Notes under the pieces: generated by a model
The model's database searches: none
What the model saw: the letters and a program-made list of their open reading frames with translations, nothing else
Told to the model about the DNA's origin: nothing
Translations under genes and position numbers: made by a program
Shown here: positions 43,417 to 52,774 of the stretch, one piece after another
Layout: every line of letters starts with the position of its first letter
Numbering within the stretch: the stretch's first letter is position 1
Source: Nanobdellota archaeon
Lineage (GTDB): Archaea; Nanobdellota; Nanobdellia; SCGC-AAA011-G17; JACPNG01
Length of the DNA stretch: 55,350 nucleotides
Assembly: GCA_038046345.1 (NCBI GenBank)
Contig: JBBSWJ010000029.1
Coordinates: 1 to 55,350, forward strand
Reading direction: 5' to 3'

Positions 43417-44043
43417 ATGGGATTTGCAATATTATTGAGACTCAGTGGCTCATTAGACCAGAAAGCAAGAGAAGAGATTATTTATGCTGAATCTCCTGTA
43501 GACTTAGGTAGGAGATTTGATAAGGATAGAGAAACTGTTTGTGAAGAACGCTGGTTTCCAACTATTTCCGGTGGAGGACTTAGTTTAGTAATGCAACTTA
43601 AAGGTTCTTCTTATCGTATGTCTTATGTGCAGGGGGGCGGAATTGGTAAATTATACCCTGGAGAAGGATATATTAATGGAAATGCTAGAACATTATTTAA
43701 TGATATCGTTATTGATGCTTTATCTGCCACATCTCATCGACCAGTTTTTAACCAAAGTGAATGGTTGTATCGGTCTATGGTAAAAATTGTCGGAGAAGAT
43801 AAAGTAAGAGTAAGCCCAATAATAAGTGGATATAGGTTGGCGTTTGTACTTCTTTATAGGGATGAAGCAACAGATGAACAACGTGCTAAATTTTTGAGAG
43901 AAACAAGATTCGGTCAACTATTCCCTGGCATGGTAGACCGAGTTGCTAGAAGATGGGATAGAGATCCATTCCAAGGTTTACCGGCTTCAAATTCCAGTAG
44001 GGCTAAAGATATAGCAGAATTTCTTAGACCAGCGGAAAGTTGA
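43417..44043 (+). CDS. Hypothetical protein (R-rich, atypical composition)
   Basis: 208-aa ORF with a leaderless-type promoter. No motif recognised. Confidence 0.65.
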   Translation: MGFAILLRLSGSLDQKAREEIIYAESPVDLGRRFDKDRETVCEERWFPTISGGGLSLVMQLKGSSYRMSYVQGGGIGKLYPGEGYINGNARTLFNDIVIDALSATSHRPVFNQSEWLYRSMVKIVGEDKVRVSPIISGYRLAFVLLYRDEATDEQRAKFLRETRFGQLFPGMVDRVARRWDRDPFQGLPASNSSRAKDIAEFLRPAES

Positions 44044-44142
44044 CTATTGGTAATATAACCAAAGCCTCTTTTGCCCACCAAAACCTTTTTAAATAGTGAC
44101 AACTCGAGAATGACAACAAATAACCTTTGGAGGTAACACAAT

Positions 44143-46119
44143 ATGTTTAGAAAACTATTAATAAGTATTTTAGCAATTATGCTTTTCGCAGTGCTACCAG
44201 TAGCTGCTGTGGGAGACCTTACAATTACTAACGCAGTCGGCACAACTGGGCAATCTGTAAACCCTGAAGCAGAGATCACAGGAAGTTTTGATATTAAAAA
44301 TGGCGGGATATCTTCAATCACAAATATAGGCATAACTGCTACAGATCTTGTATTTGGTACTAATAAAATACCATCTTCTAAAGTGGTTATAACTCCAAAC
44401 AGTGTAGCTACACTTGATGCAGGCCTATCAAAAACTATAACATTTACCTTAAAAGTACCTGTAAATCAAATACCCGGCTTATATGCTGGTAATTTCGAAG
44501 CAAAAGATGTTACAGCAACAAATAGCGCAGTTACAGATCTTTCTATTACTGTTAAAACATTAAAATCTTTAAATGTAGTTGAAGATGTAGTCACAATAAC
44601 AGGAGAAGACGGGGAGGCTGTTGAAGGCGTTGTTACTATGAAAAACACAGGAAATGTAGACCTTACTTTTGATACCTCCAGTATTATTCATGATATCACC
44701 CTTACAGACAATGATGAGGATGAGATCACATTATTTGTTGCAGCTATACCAACCAGTATTGTTCCTGGAGAACAGAAAACATTCAAAATAAAAGCAGATT
44801 TTGAAACAGGCATAGATGTTGATACTTATTCAGGCGAAGTTACCATAACAAGCAAAGAAGGAGCAGTAGATAAATTCAACCTTGAACTAAATGTTCAACC
44901 GGAAGTATGTGAAAAAGGGATTGTTGGTAATTTAGAAATTGACCTTCAAAAGCCGGACAATGGAGATGACTTTTCACTAGGAGAGACTGTAAGCATAGAA
45001 GTAAAAGTGGACAATGAAGATGATAGTGACTTAGACGTTGAAGTTGAAGCATTCTTATACAATGTAGATGAAAACTCTGTAATCGAAAGAGTTACTAGCG
45101 ATTCCCTTGAAGTTAGAGAGGGAGAAAATGAAGACTTTAACCTAGATCTAGACATACCATTTGACAGTGATATTAATGAAGATGATGAGTACATCTTATA
45201 TGTAAAAGCATACGAAAACGGGGATGAAGATAAAAACTGTGCTCAGGATCAAATAGACATCGGAATTGATCGCCAAAAGGATGATGTCCGTGTTGAAAAT
45301 GTTCTTGTTACACCAAGCACAGCAGCATGCGGAGAAGTTGCTGAATTTGTTGTTGATGTTATAAACGTTGGAAGCAACGATCAACGTGATGTGCATGTGG
45401 AATTGATCAATTCAGAACTTGGAATTAAAGAGCAATCAGAAGAATTTGACATAGACAAAGGTAGTGACCCCGATAATGACGCCAAGAAAAGATTTACTTT
45501 TACAATTCCTAATGATGCTGAAGAGAAAACTTATAGCATTGAAGGAGTAGTAGTATTTGATGATGGAAACGAGAAGAATTCAGAGTTTGTTTCATTAAAC
45601 GTTCTTGGATGCGGCGAAACACCTGTTGAACCACCGGTACAAGATGAGGAAGATATAACTATACAAGTATTAGACCCAGAATTTGATGCTACTGGCAAAA
45701 GCTTGAGCATACCTACAAATATTAATAATAACCTTAATGTGCAAAAAACACTTCATGTAAGCCTTGCAAATGTTGATGATTGGACTACTGATGCAAGTTC
45801 TGAAAAAGTTGTAACATTAAAACCAGGTCAAATGACTACACTGTACTTTTATATAACCGTAGACGATGATTCTACTGGTTTACAAACAGCAACTTTAAAT
45901 GTTAAGGACACAGCAGGAAGTATACTTGTAAGTGATACCTTTTCAGTTGAGCTTAACGAAGATAAAGTTACGGTTGTAGATGACCCAGATAATGATGGGC
46001 TTTTAGGTGGTATTAGAGATTTTACCACTAACAGCAACGTATTAGTATGGGTTATTGCAGATATAATCCTAGTAGTAGTTGTAGTGCTGCTATTAAAGTT
46101 TTTATTCTCTAAAAAGTAA
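44143..46119 (+). CDS. Large acidic surface protein with CARDB-like repeats and a C-terminal LVWVI-TM-basic tail
   Basis: GGAGGT lies upstream of the ATG. Signal peptide MFRKLLISILAIMLFAVLPVAAVG. Repeated ...V.N.G... beta-sandwich patterns. Tail is NSNVLVWVIADIILVVVVVLLLKFLFSKK. Confidence 0.85.
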   Translation: MFRKLLISILAIMLFAVLPVAAVGDLTITNAVGTTGQSVNPEAEITGSFDIKNGGISSITNIGITATDLVFGTNKIPSSKVVITPNSVATLDAGLSKTITFTLKVPVNQIPGLYAGNFEAKDVTATNSAVTDLSITVKTLKSLNVVEDVVTITGEDGEAVEGVVTMKNTGNVDLTFDTSSIIHDITLTDNDEDEITLFVAAIPTSIVPGEQKTFKIKADFETGIDVDTYSGEVTITSKEGAVDKFNLELNVQPEVCEKGIVGNLEIDLQKPDNGDDFSLGETVSIEVKVDNEDDSDLDVEVEAFLYNVDENSVIERVTSDSLEVREGENEDFNLDLDIPFDSDINEDDEYILYVKAYENGDEDKNCAQDQIDIGIDRQKDDVRVENVLVTPSTAACGEVAEFVVDVINVGSNDQRDVHVELINSELGIKEQSEEFDIDKGSDPDNDAKKRFTFTIPNDAEEKTYSIEGVVVFDDGNEKNSEFVSLNVLGCGETPVEPPVQDEEDITIQVLDPEFDATGKSLSIPTNINNNLNVQKTLHVSLANVDDWTTDASSEKVVTLKPGQMTTLYFYITVDDDSTGLQTATLNVKDTAGSILVSDTFSVELNEDKVTVVDDPDNDGLLGGIRDFTTNSNVLVWVIADIILVVVVVLLLKFLFSKK

Positions 46120-46143
46120 ACGGGGTGATACTTTTTATTTTTC

Positions 46144-47013
46144 ATGTTTCCTGAACATTTAAGCAAGGACTTTGGTAAATTTGTAGAGAGTTTTGATAAG
46201 CCTGCGCCAGATTTGTTTGATAAAAATGAGATTATTCCAGAGATTAAACGATTACTAGAGAATGCTATCAATATACGTGCAGGCAACGCACCAATAGCCA
46301 TTGCGTTTTCCGGCGGGCTTGATTCATTGATATTAGCTTTTTTATGTGATAAACTAAAAAAGAAATTCCACTTGTACTCTATAGGTACTGAAGGGGCTCC
46401 AGATTTAGAGTCTGCTCAGAAAGTTGCAAATTATTTTGGTTGGCCAATTACTATCAAAGTTCTTAACCAGGATTATGTGGAATCATTATTAAAAGAGGCG
46501 TATAATATTATACCAAATCCAGATGTTATAAAAATGGGTATTGGGGCTGTGGTTCTAGAAGTCTTAAGACTTGCTAAAAATGATGGGCATACCGCTTTAA
46601 TGGTCGGTCTTGGCGCTGAAGAAATTTTTGCAGGATATAACAGACATGAAAACGCTATGAAACAGGGAAGGTTACATGAAGAATGTTGGGCTGGATTGTA
46701 TAATCTGTTTGAGCAAGATTTATCTCGTGATGGAGCGCTAGCTGCTAATGTCAGTATGAAGCTTTTTGCTCCATTTCTAGACAAGCCAGTAATTGCATAT
46801 GCCATGCGTATTGTACCAGAACTAAAATTAAGCCTAGACCAAAAGAAGATTATATTATGCGACATGGCTGTTGCTGCAGGAATACCTAAAGAGTTTGCCA
46901 TGAGAAAAAAGAAGGCTATGCAGTATGGAAGTTATTTTGATAAAGAATTTGAGAAGATTGCCAAAAAACGTGGTTTTAACAGCAAAAAGGATTATATGAA
47001 CAGTCTAAAATAG
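46144..47013 (+). CDS. Asparagine-synthetase-type PP-loop ATP pyrophosphatase domain protein (no glutaminase domain)
   Basis: IAIAFSGGLDSLILAFL carries the SGGxDS motif. MVGLGAEEIFAGYNRH is the AsnB synthetase-domain pattern. Confidence 0.75.
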   Translation: MFPEHLSKDFGKFVESFDKPAPDLFDKNEIIPEIKRLLENAINIRAGNAPIAIAFSGGLDSLILAFLCDKLKKKFHLYSIGTEGAPDLESAQKVANYFGWPITIKVLNQDYVESLLKEAYNIIPNPDVIKMGIGAVVLEVLRLAKNDGHTALMVGLGAEEIFAGYNRHENAMKQGRLHEECWAGLYNLFEQDLSRDGALAANVSMKLFAPFLDKPVIAYAMRIVPELKLSLDQKKIILCDMAVAAGIPKEFAMRKKKAMQYGSYFDKEFEKIAKKRGFNSKKDYMNSLK

Positions 47014-47153
47014 GATCAACTGAAATGTCTGAATAAAATGCTGATCTACTAAAAAAGAGCAACACATTCGGTTGTAATTATTAGCCTATAACCCTATTTT
47101 GTATCCTTTAACATATGAAAACTTTTTTATATAACAAACTAAAAGATACTGAT

Positions 47154-47897
47154 ATGTACCATGAACTGTTTTATGCTCTTGTCGCGGTGATAGCAGTCAG
47201 CTTAATTTCATTAGTAGGGGTTTTTAGTTTGTATATCAGACCTAAAGTGATCAGCAAGGTGTTATTGCTATTTGTAAGTTTTGCAGCAGGTGCTTTAATT
47301 GGTGATGCATTTCTTCATTTAATCCCTCAAATAGCTGGGGACGGATTCACAACAGAAACAGCGTTGTATATCCTTTCAGGTATTTTGTTGTTTTTTATTA
47401 TTGAAAATATAATCCACTGGCATCATTGCCATACTCATGGATGCGGGCATGGTACTCCAAGATTTGTATGGACTAATCTAATAGGGGATAGTGTTCATAA
47501 TTTTATTGATGGTATTATAATAATGGCAAGTTTTATGATAAATGTTCAAGTTGGTATTGCAACAACGATTGCAGTAATACTCCATGAGATCCCGCAAGAA
47601 ATTGGAGATTTTGCAATACTGATGCACGGCGGGTTATCAAAAAAGAAGGCGCTTTTGTTTAACTTTTTCTCTGCTTCGTTTGCGATTATTGGTGCTTTAC
47701 TATTATACTTTGTTAAATGGATAAGCGGATTAACAAATTTTTTGATTCCATTTACTGCTGGAAGTTTTATTTATATTGCCGCTGCTGATTTAATCCCAGA
47801 GTTACATAAAGGAGATGTAACCGTTAAATCTTTTTTACATATTGTCTTATTTGTTATTGGGGTGGGCGTGATGGCGTTGCTTTTGTTTTTAGAATAA
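47154..47897 (+). CDS. zupT: ZIP-family divalent metal transporter (ZupT-like)
   Basis: HEIPQEIGDFAILM is the ZIP signature, and a His-rich loop HWHHCHTHGCGHG is present. Start taken at MYHELF, about 25 nt downstream of the TATA box at 47123..47133 (the ORF extends to 47115). Confidence 0.85.
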   Translation: MYHELFYALVAVIAVSLISLVGVFSLYIRPKVISKVLLLFVSFAAGALIGDAFLHLIPQIAGDGFTTETALYILSGILLFFIIENIIHWHHCHTHGCGHGTPRFVWTNLIGDSVHNFIDGIIIMASFMINVQVGIATTIAVILHEIPQEIGDFAILMHGGLSKKKALLFNFFSASFAIIGALLLYFVKWISGLTNFLIPFTAGSFIYIAAADLIPELHKGDVTVKSFLHIVLFVIGVGVMALLLFLE

Positions 47898-49919
47898 TTT
47901 ATCAAGCATCCATTCTATTCCATGTTCTATAAATGATATACCATCTAAGGGGGCTACAGAAACATAAACTGTTTCTTCATCGCCGTCTTTTTGCAATACT
48001 ACATATGGCCTCCAGGTAGTTGCAACCCCCAATCCTACAGAGAATGTCTGATCTTGATTTCCTTCCTTAAGAAAGAATGATTGACTATAATCTAGGAGTA
48101 CGCCTGATAGGTTTAAGTTTGCTGAGAGATCTAAAATACTTAAATTTTCATCTATGCCTACAACTGGATGTATTCCAAATGGTCCCTCAGATAAATACAT
48201 GCCCAAGTTATATCTGCTATCGTATCTAAGGCTTACACCACTGAAATCTTGACAGTTAAGTAATTTAGCAAATTCTATTCTGCTTCTTACTTGCTGCCTT
48301 TGGAATAGCTCTATATCTCTATGATCAAAATAATCACTAAACTGTTCTAATAATTCTGATTCATTATCCGAGGTAATTGGTATAAATAACTCTGCATCTT
48401 GTACTGTTTCCAATGAGAATATTCTGTCACCTTCATTATAAGTTAAGTGAGTTTGTAATAATGATCTTGGTATAAAACCCCATTGTGGGATTTGAGTGCG
48501 ATTACCTAAGTGATATGATGATTTGTCAGTATCTCTCGCAATACCAAGTATTGTTCTTCTGGCTATACCAAATACTTTTGTATCATTTAAAAGATATGCA
48601 GAAAATGCTAAGCCTACTTCCTGGTGTTCTGATCTTATTTCTGTTTTTTCTTCGCTTTCTTCTATTTCTATTGCGTCATCTATGAGCGTTAAATACTCAG
48701 TTATAGTTCTTCTAGGCAAGCTGATTCTTAAGTCTGTGCTGCTAACTGTATCTTTTTCTCTAGTGCTTCTTAAAAGTGTGCCTATGTATCCTCCAATGTC
48801 TAGAGAGAATCCACGTGATAATTCAATCTGCCCTCCGATGTAAATAAACACATCATCATGAATTCTTTTATTTTTTTCTGTGTCCATGCTTAAACTAGTT
48901 TCTTGTTCAGTTAATGTTGTGACTGGAGAAATGCCTATTGCTCCGTCTGTATTAAAATTAATTCTGTATCTCTCTGTTGTTATCTTTTTTTTTTCTGTGT
49001 CTATACCAAATAATGCATATCCACCATACCGTGTTCTATCTTTTTGTATTCGCCATTCATTTGAAGTAAACTCTTTAACGTTTTCAGTTGTTAATCTTAA
49101 ATCAATGTCAGCTGCGATATGATCTTCTGTTATAGCTACTATCCCTTCATGAGTTGGTGTATCAGATAAAACCATTGCTGATAATCCAACATTCATTCCG
49201 TAACCTAAACCGTATCTACTGGCCATGCTTATGGTTGTGTTGCCTTCTTTGTAGGTAATATATCCGATTAAGTCAGCTGTGTACTTGAAAGGAATATGGA
49301 AATTGTTTATTGTTGCTTCTAAGTGGCTTCCAGTTTTTTCTATTGTGGCTATACCACCTTGTAGATCGTCTGCTAAGCCTATTACCCCGCTAAGCACGTC
49401 TTCTAAAGTAAATCCGTCAATAAGCTCAAAAAGACCTAGTGGGTTTTGTCCATGTAATGTCTGGTTTATCCCTCTTAATATGTCTTCTCCAGTAAGGTCG
49501 TTTATTGGTGTGCCTGCAAACTTTAGTGTTTCACTGCTTATCTCTCCGTACTGTTCGTATGGTATTCCGGCTATAACAAAGTCGTTGTGAAAGATGTCAT
49601 AATATAAGTTTTTTCCTATACCATAAACAAGACTGTTATTTCTTATTGATGGATGAATCAATGAGCTAGTATCTTTTTGGTCTACTCTTATGTTGCTCAA
49701 TAAGTATCCATCACCTTCTGCTAATAGCTGGTATAGACTTGGTGGTTTTGGACTTGTTGTGTTATCTTCAGTTGCTTGTACATCATAAGATTGATAACCA
49801 TCTTTTTTTAGTGTTTCATTTAATGATGTATCTGCGTTTGCTGGTCTAGGTAATAAGCTTAAAATAACAGTTGCTCTTGCTACGTGTTTGAATAATTTAT
49901 TTTTAATTGATTTTTTCAT
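47889..49919 (-). CDS. Large secreted beta-rich protein of unknown function (paralog of 22017..23873)
   Basis: Signal peptide MKKSIKNKLFKHVARATVILSLLPRPANA|D and no TM anchor. GVSLRYDSRYNLGMYLSEGPFGIHPVVGID aligns with GIASRYTSGSSYFDVYLT...LIGFHPSAKLD of the 618-aa protein. Confidence 0.8.
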   Translation of the reverse strand: MKKSIKNKLFKHVARATVILSLLPRPANADTSLNETLKKDGYQSYDVQATEDNTTSPKPPSLYQLLAEGDGYLLSNIRVDQKDTSSLIHPSIRNNSLVYGIGKNLYYDIFHNDFVIAGIPYEQYGEISSETLKFAGTPINDLTGEDILRGINQTLHGQNPLGLFELIDGFTLEDVLSGVIGLADDLQGGIATIEKTGSHLEATINNFHIPFKYTADLIGYITYKEGNTTISMASRYGLGYGMNVGLSAMVLSDTPTHEGIVAITEDHIAADIDLRLTTENVKEFTSNEWRIQKDRTRYGGYALFGIDTEKKKITTERYRINFNTDGAIGISPVTTLTEQETSLSMDTEKNKRIHDDVFIYIGGQIELSRGFSLDIGGYIGTLLRSTREKDTVSSTDLRISLPRRTITEYLTLIDDAIEIEESEEKTEIRSEHQEVGLAFSAYLLNDTKVFGIARRTILGIARDTDKSSYHLGNRTQIPQWGFIPRSLLQTHLTYNEGDRIFSLETVQDAELFIPITSDNESELLEQFSDYFDHRDIELFQRQQVRSRIEFAKLLNCQDFSGVSLRYDSRYNLGMYLSEGPFGIHPVVGIDENLSILDLSANLNLSGVLLDYSQSFFLKEGNQDQTFSVGLGVATTWRPYVVLQKDGDEETVYVSVAPLDGISFIEHGIEWMLDKLF

Positions 49920-50035
49920 AGAATCATATTGTTTTGGTATTTTTAACCAGCAGTGGTGGGGCTTATAAGTTTTATGTTATTCTTGAGCTGTAAATTAAAC
50001 TTTACCTAAATTGATATTTAGCAGTTTAATCTGTG

Positions 50036-50599
50036 CTACAGTCTAATTATTTTTGCAAATGTGCCGGTTAAGTCCAGTATTATTGATGGATTATTTTGTA
50101 GTGAACCGGCATCAATAGCTATGCTTATCTCTTTCTTAAAGTTTTGCGGGATTTGTTTTAGATTTGTAATTGGATCCATACCATGAAGATTAACTGATGT
50201 TGTTACTACTGGAATTTTTGTTGCCTGAATTTTTTTAGTAAATTGATGGTCTGGTATTCTAATTCCTATTGTGCCTGAGTCGCTTATTTCTTTGTTAATA
50301 GCATTCTTTTTTTTAAGTTTTACTATAAAAGTAAATGGGCCAGGTAAGCTGTCAATGTAAACTTGTTTTATGGTTGTATTGTCTAAAACCCATTTTTTTG
50401 AGGGGGGGATTATGCTTAGAGGGCTATGGAAGTTTTGTTTTACTTCTCTTAGATGGATTATTGCTTCTTCGTTGTTTGCATCACAGCCCAGCCCGTAGAT
50501 AGTATCAGTTGGGTATATGATTATTTCCCCGTTTTTTAGATGTTTTTTAAGGCTTTTAACACTTATTTCTTTGTGATTGATTATCTCCATGTGGATCAT
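50036..50599 (-). CDS. tsaC: L-threonylcarbamoyladenylate synthase, YrdC/Sua5-domain only (TsaC type)
   Basis: IIYPTDTIYGLGCDANNEEAI and GPFTFIV...IGIRIPDH...PVVTTSVNLHG are present. Confidence 0.85.
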   Translation of the reverse strand: MIHMEIINHKEISVKSLKKHLKNGEIIIYPTDTIYGLGCDANNEEAIIHLREVKQNFHSPLSIIPPSKKWVLDNTTIKQVYIDSLPGPFTFIVKLKKKNAINKEISDSGTIGIRIPDHQFTKKIQATKIPVVTTSVNLHGMDPITNLKQIPQNFKKEISIAIDAGSLQNNPSIILDLTGTFAKIIRL

Positions 50600-50709
50600 T
50601 GTTGAGTAAACATTAAAATATTATCCTAAAAGTAGTACCACTTTAAAATGAAAACTTCAGCGAAAACTTTATATATTCTAAAATAGTCAAGCCAAGTATC
50701 ACCTCTTTT

Positions 50710-50743
50710 CCCCAGGCAGGAACCTTCGGGTTCATGCCTAGGG
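50710..50743 (-). other. GC-rich 15-bp-stem hairpin enclosing the rad50 stop codon
   Basis: CCCCAGGCAGGAACC-TTCG-GGTTCATGCCTAGGG. On the minus-strand RNA, 14 of 15 positions pair, including one G-U pair. The TAG stop (50738..50740) lies in the 5' arm. Confidence 0.55.
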
Positions 50744-52774
50744 TTTATAATCACTAGTCACGGTCGAGATATTATCTTTCTTATTTATGTATAATACGTT
50801 ATCAACAAAACTTCCGATCTTTGGTTCGTGCGACACTAAAATAATTTGCTTAACATGTAATTCATCAAGAACTAATTTGAGTCTATCAATCTGTTCATTA
50901 GAAAACCCATCGGTAGGCTCATCTAAAATGATTAAATCTTTTGTTTTTAAACCAACAACCAATAAATTGATGACTTGATTTAAAGCCAGCCTATAAGACA
51001 AAGCAACTGCAGTTTTTTCCCCGCCGGATAGATTAGGATACTCAACCACAAATCCATTTTGTTCAACTACCGGTGTAAAATCCTCATCTAATGTTGTTAA
51101 TAACTCTTCACTGCCCATCAATGTTGCAAACCATTTTTTGTATAAGCTAGCAAACTCAGAATGAATCTTTAGTAATATCTGATGTTCTATCATTTCTATA
51201 GATTTAATAAATGATGATTCAATCCAATGGTGTATTGATTGTAACCGCTCTAAAATATCTTTCTGTTTTTGTCGTTGCTCAAGCTCTTCAGATACTTGTT
51301 TTAACAGGTACTCTATTGATTCTTTTTGGGTTACTATTCTTACAATATCCATCTCAATTAGTTTTAGTTTTGCTTCAACTTGCATTAACTTATCTTTTTT
51401 TCTTGACAATTCGTTTTCAATGTTACTTAAATCTTGTTTGTTCTGGAGGTCAATTATCCTAATGTTTATCTTGCCCATCTCTTCATTTAGTTGGTTTGTC
51501 TGAGCTTCAATGTCTTCTTTTCTTTTGGTATTGTTTACATATTGTTGAAATTGTAATTTCTTTAATGCATGGTCACTTTTAAACTCTTGAATATTCTGTA
51601 ACTCATTAATACATAAGCTGTGTTGCTCCTGAAATTCTGATAAATTAATCTCTACCGCTGTTTCTTCAATTTTATGCGATGATATCTTATCCTGCTCTTT
51701 GTTGATTATACTGTTTTTATGATTTATTTGAACTTGTTGTTTGCATAATGGGCATTCGTTTAATGATTGAATCTGTTGTATTATCTTGTCAGAGTTTTTC
51801 ATTCCTAACCTTAACTCTAACAGTTTTTGCTTATATCCCTGTAGTTGGTCTGCTAGGTCTTCTTTTTTGGCTAAAGTATCTAAGAGTTTTTTTTCATCGA
51901 AGTCTTCTGGTTTTAAAATAATTTGATTAATGTTTAGTTTGCTCAGCTCGATTTTAAGCATGTTTTTTAATGTAACCTTCTCGTCAAGCCGGTTATTCAG
52001 ATGGACAAGCTCCTGCTTTTCCTGTGTTTTTTGATGAAACTCTCTTTCTGTTGCGTCTAATGATTTCTTTAATTCTAACTGTTGTATCTCAAGAGATTCT
52101 TTTTCTGGTAACATTACTTTATGTTTTATATTTAAGTTCTCAAGCTGCGAGAATAAATTTTTTTGATGGTTTTGTTTTGAAATAAAATCCGATAACATTA
52201 ATTCAAACTGTTTTTTTTGAACCTTAAGAAAAGAAACATAAATTTTAGCATTTTCTATTACCTTTTTGTACTTATCAACACCAAAAACTTTCCTTAAAAT
52301 ATCTAACCGTATATCCTTATCTCCGTATAATATATACTTCATTTCTTCCTGCGGAGTATAAACAGTATAACGATAAAATAATGCCTTAGACTTGGTTAGT
52401 AGCTCCAGAGGGTAGCTTAGAAGTTCTAGTATCCTTTGTTTTAATTCAATCGGTGTTAGCCTCTGTTTATTGCCGTCAACTGTGAGCGCTCCATTGTCTT
52501 GCCCGGTACTTGTTAATGTTCTTTTGATTATGATATTCTTTTCTTCAATAGTTAAATGAAGCTCAACACTACCGTTGTTTGTGCCATTTCTTAATAAACT
52601 ATCACCAGTGAGACTTCCTTTTTGTAAACCAAAAAGTGCAAAATCTATCCCTAACAAAATAGTGCTTTTCCCAGCACCAACTTCACCTGATAGTAATATA
52701 GCTCCTTCAGGAAAAACAATCTCTTCTTTAGTGTAAGTTCTTATATTTTCAAAAACTATTTTATTAATTTTCAT
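50738..52774 (-). CDS. rad50: Rad50 ATPase (compact, 678 aa)
   Basis: Walker A GEVGAGKST, zinc hook CPLC in the mid coiled coil, signature LSGGE and Walker B LIILDEPT. ATGA overlap with mre11. Confidence 0.9.
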   Translation of the reverse strand: MKINKIVFENIRTYTKEEIVFPEGAILLSGEVGAGKSTILLGIDFALFGLQKGSLTGDSLLRNGTNNGSVELHLTIEEKNIIIKRTLTSTGQDNGALTVDGNKQRLTPIELKQRILELLSYPLELLTKSKALFYRYTVYTPQEEMKYILYGDKDIRLDILRKVFGVDKYKKVIENAKIYVSFLKVQKKQFELMLSDFISKQNHQKNLFSQLENLNIKHKVMLPEKESLEIQQLELKKSLDATEREFHQKTQEKQELVHLNNRLDEKVTLKNMLKIELSKLNINQIILKPEDFDEKKLLDTLAKKEDLADQLQGYKQKLLELRLGMKNSDKIIQQIQSLNECPLCKQQVQINHKNSIINKEQDKISSHKIEETAVEINLSEFQEQHSLCINELQNIQEFKSDHALKKLQFQQYVNNTKRKEDIEAQTNQLNEEMGKINIRIIDLQNKQDLSNIENELSRKKDKLMQVEAKLKLIEMDIVRIVTQKESIEYLLKQVSEELEQRQKQKDILERLQSIHHWIESSFIKSIEMIEHQILLKIHSEFASLYKKWFATLMGSEELLTTLDEDFTPVVEQNGFVVEYPNLSGGEKTAVALSYRLALNQVINLLVVGLKTKDLIILDEPTDGFSNEQIDRLKLVLDELHVKQIILVSHEPKIGSFVDNVLYINKKDNISTVTSDYKP

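Noticed and set aside
43914-44333. 139-aa minus-strand ORF
   Set aside because: It overlaps the 3' end of 43417..44043 and the 5' end, SD and signal peptide of the 658-aa surface-protein gene. It has no start context.
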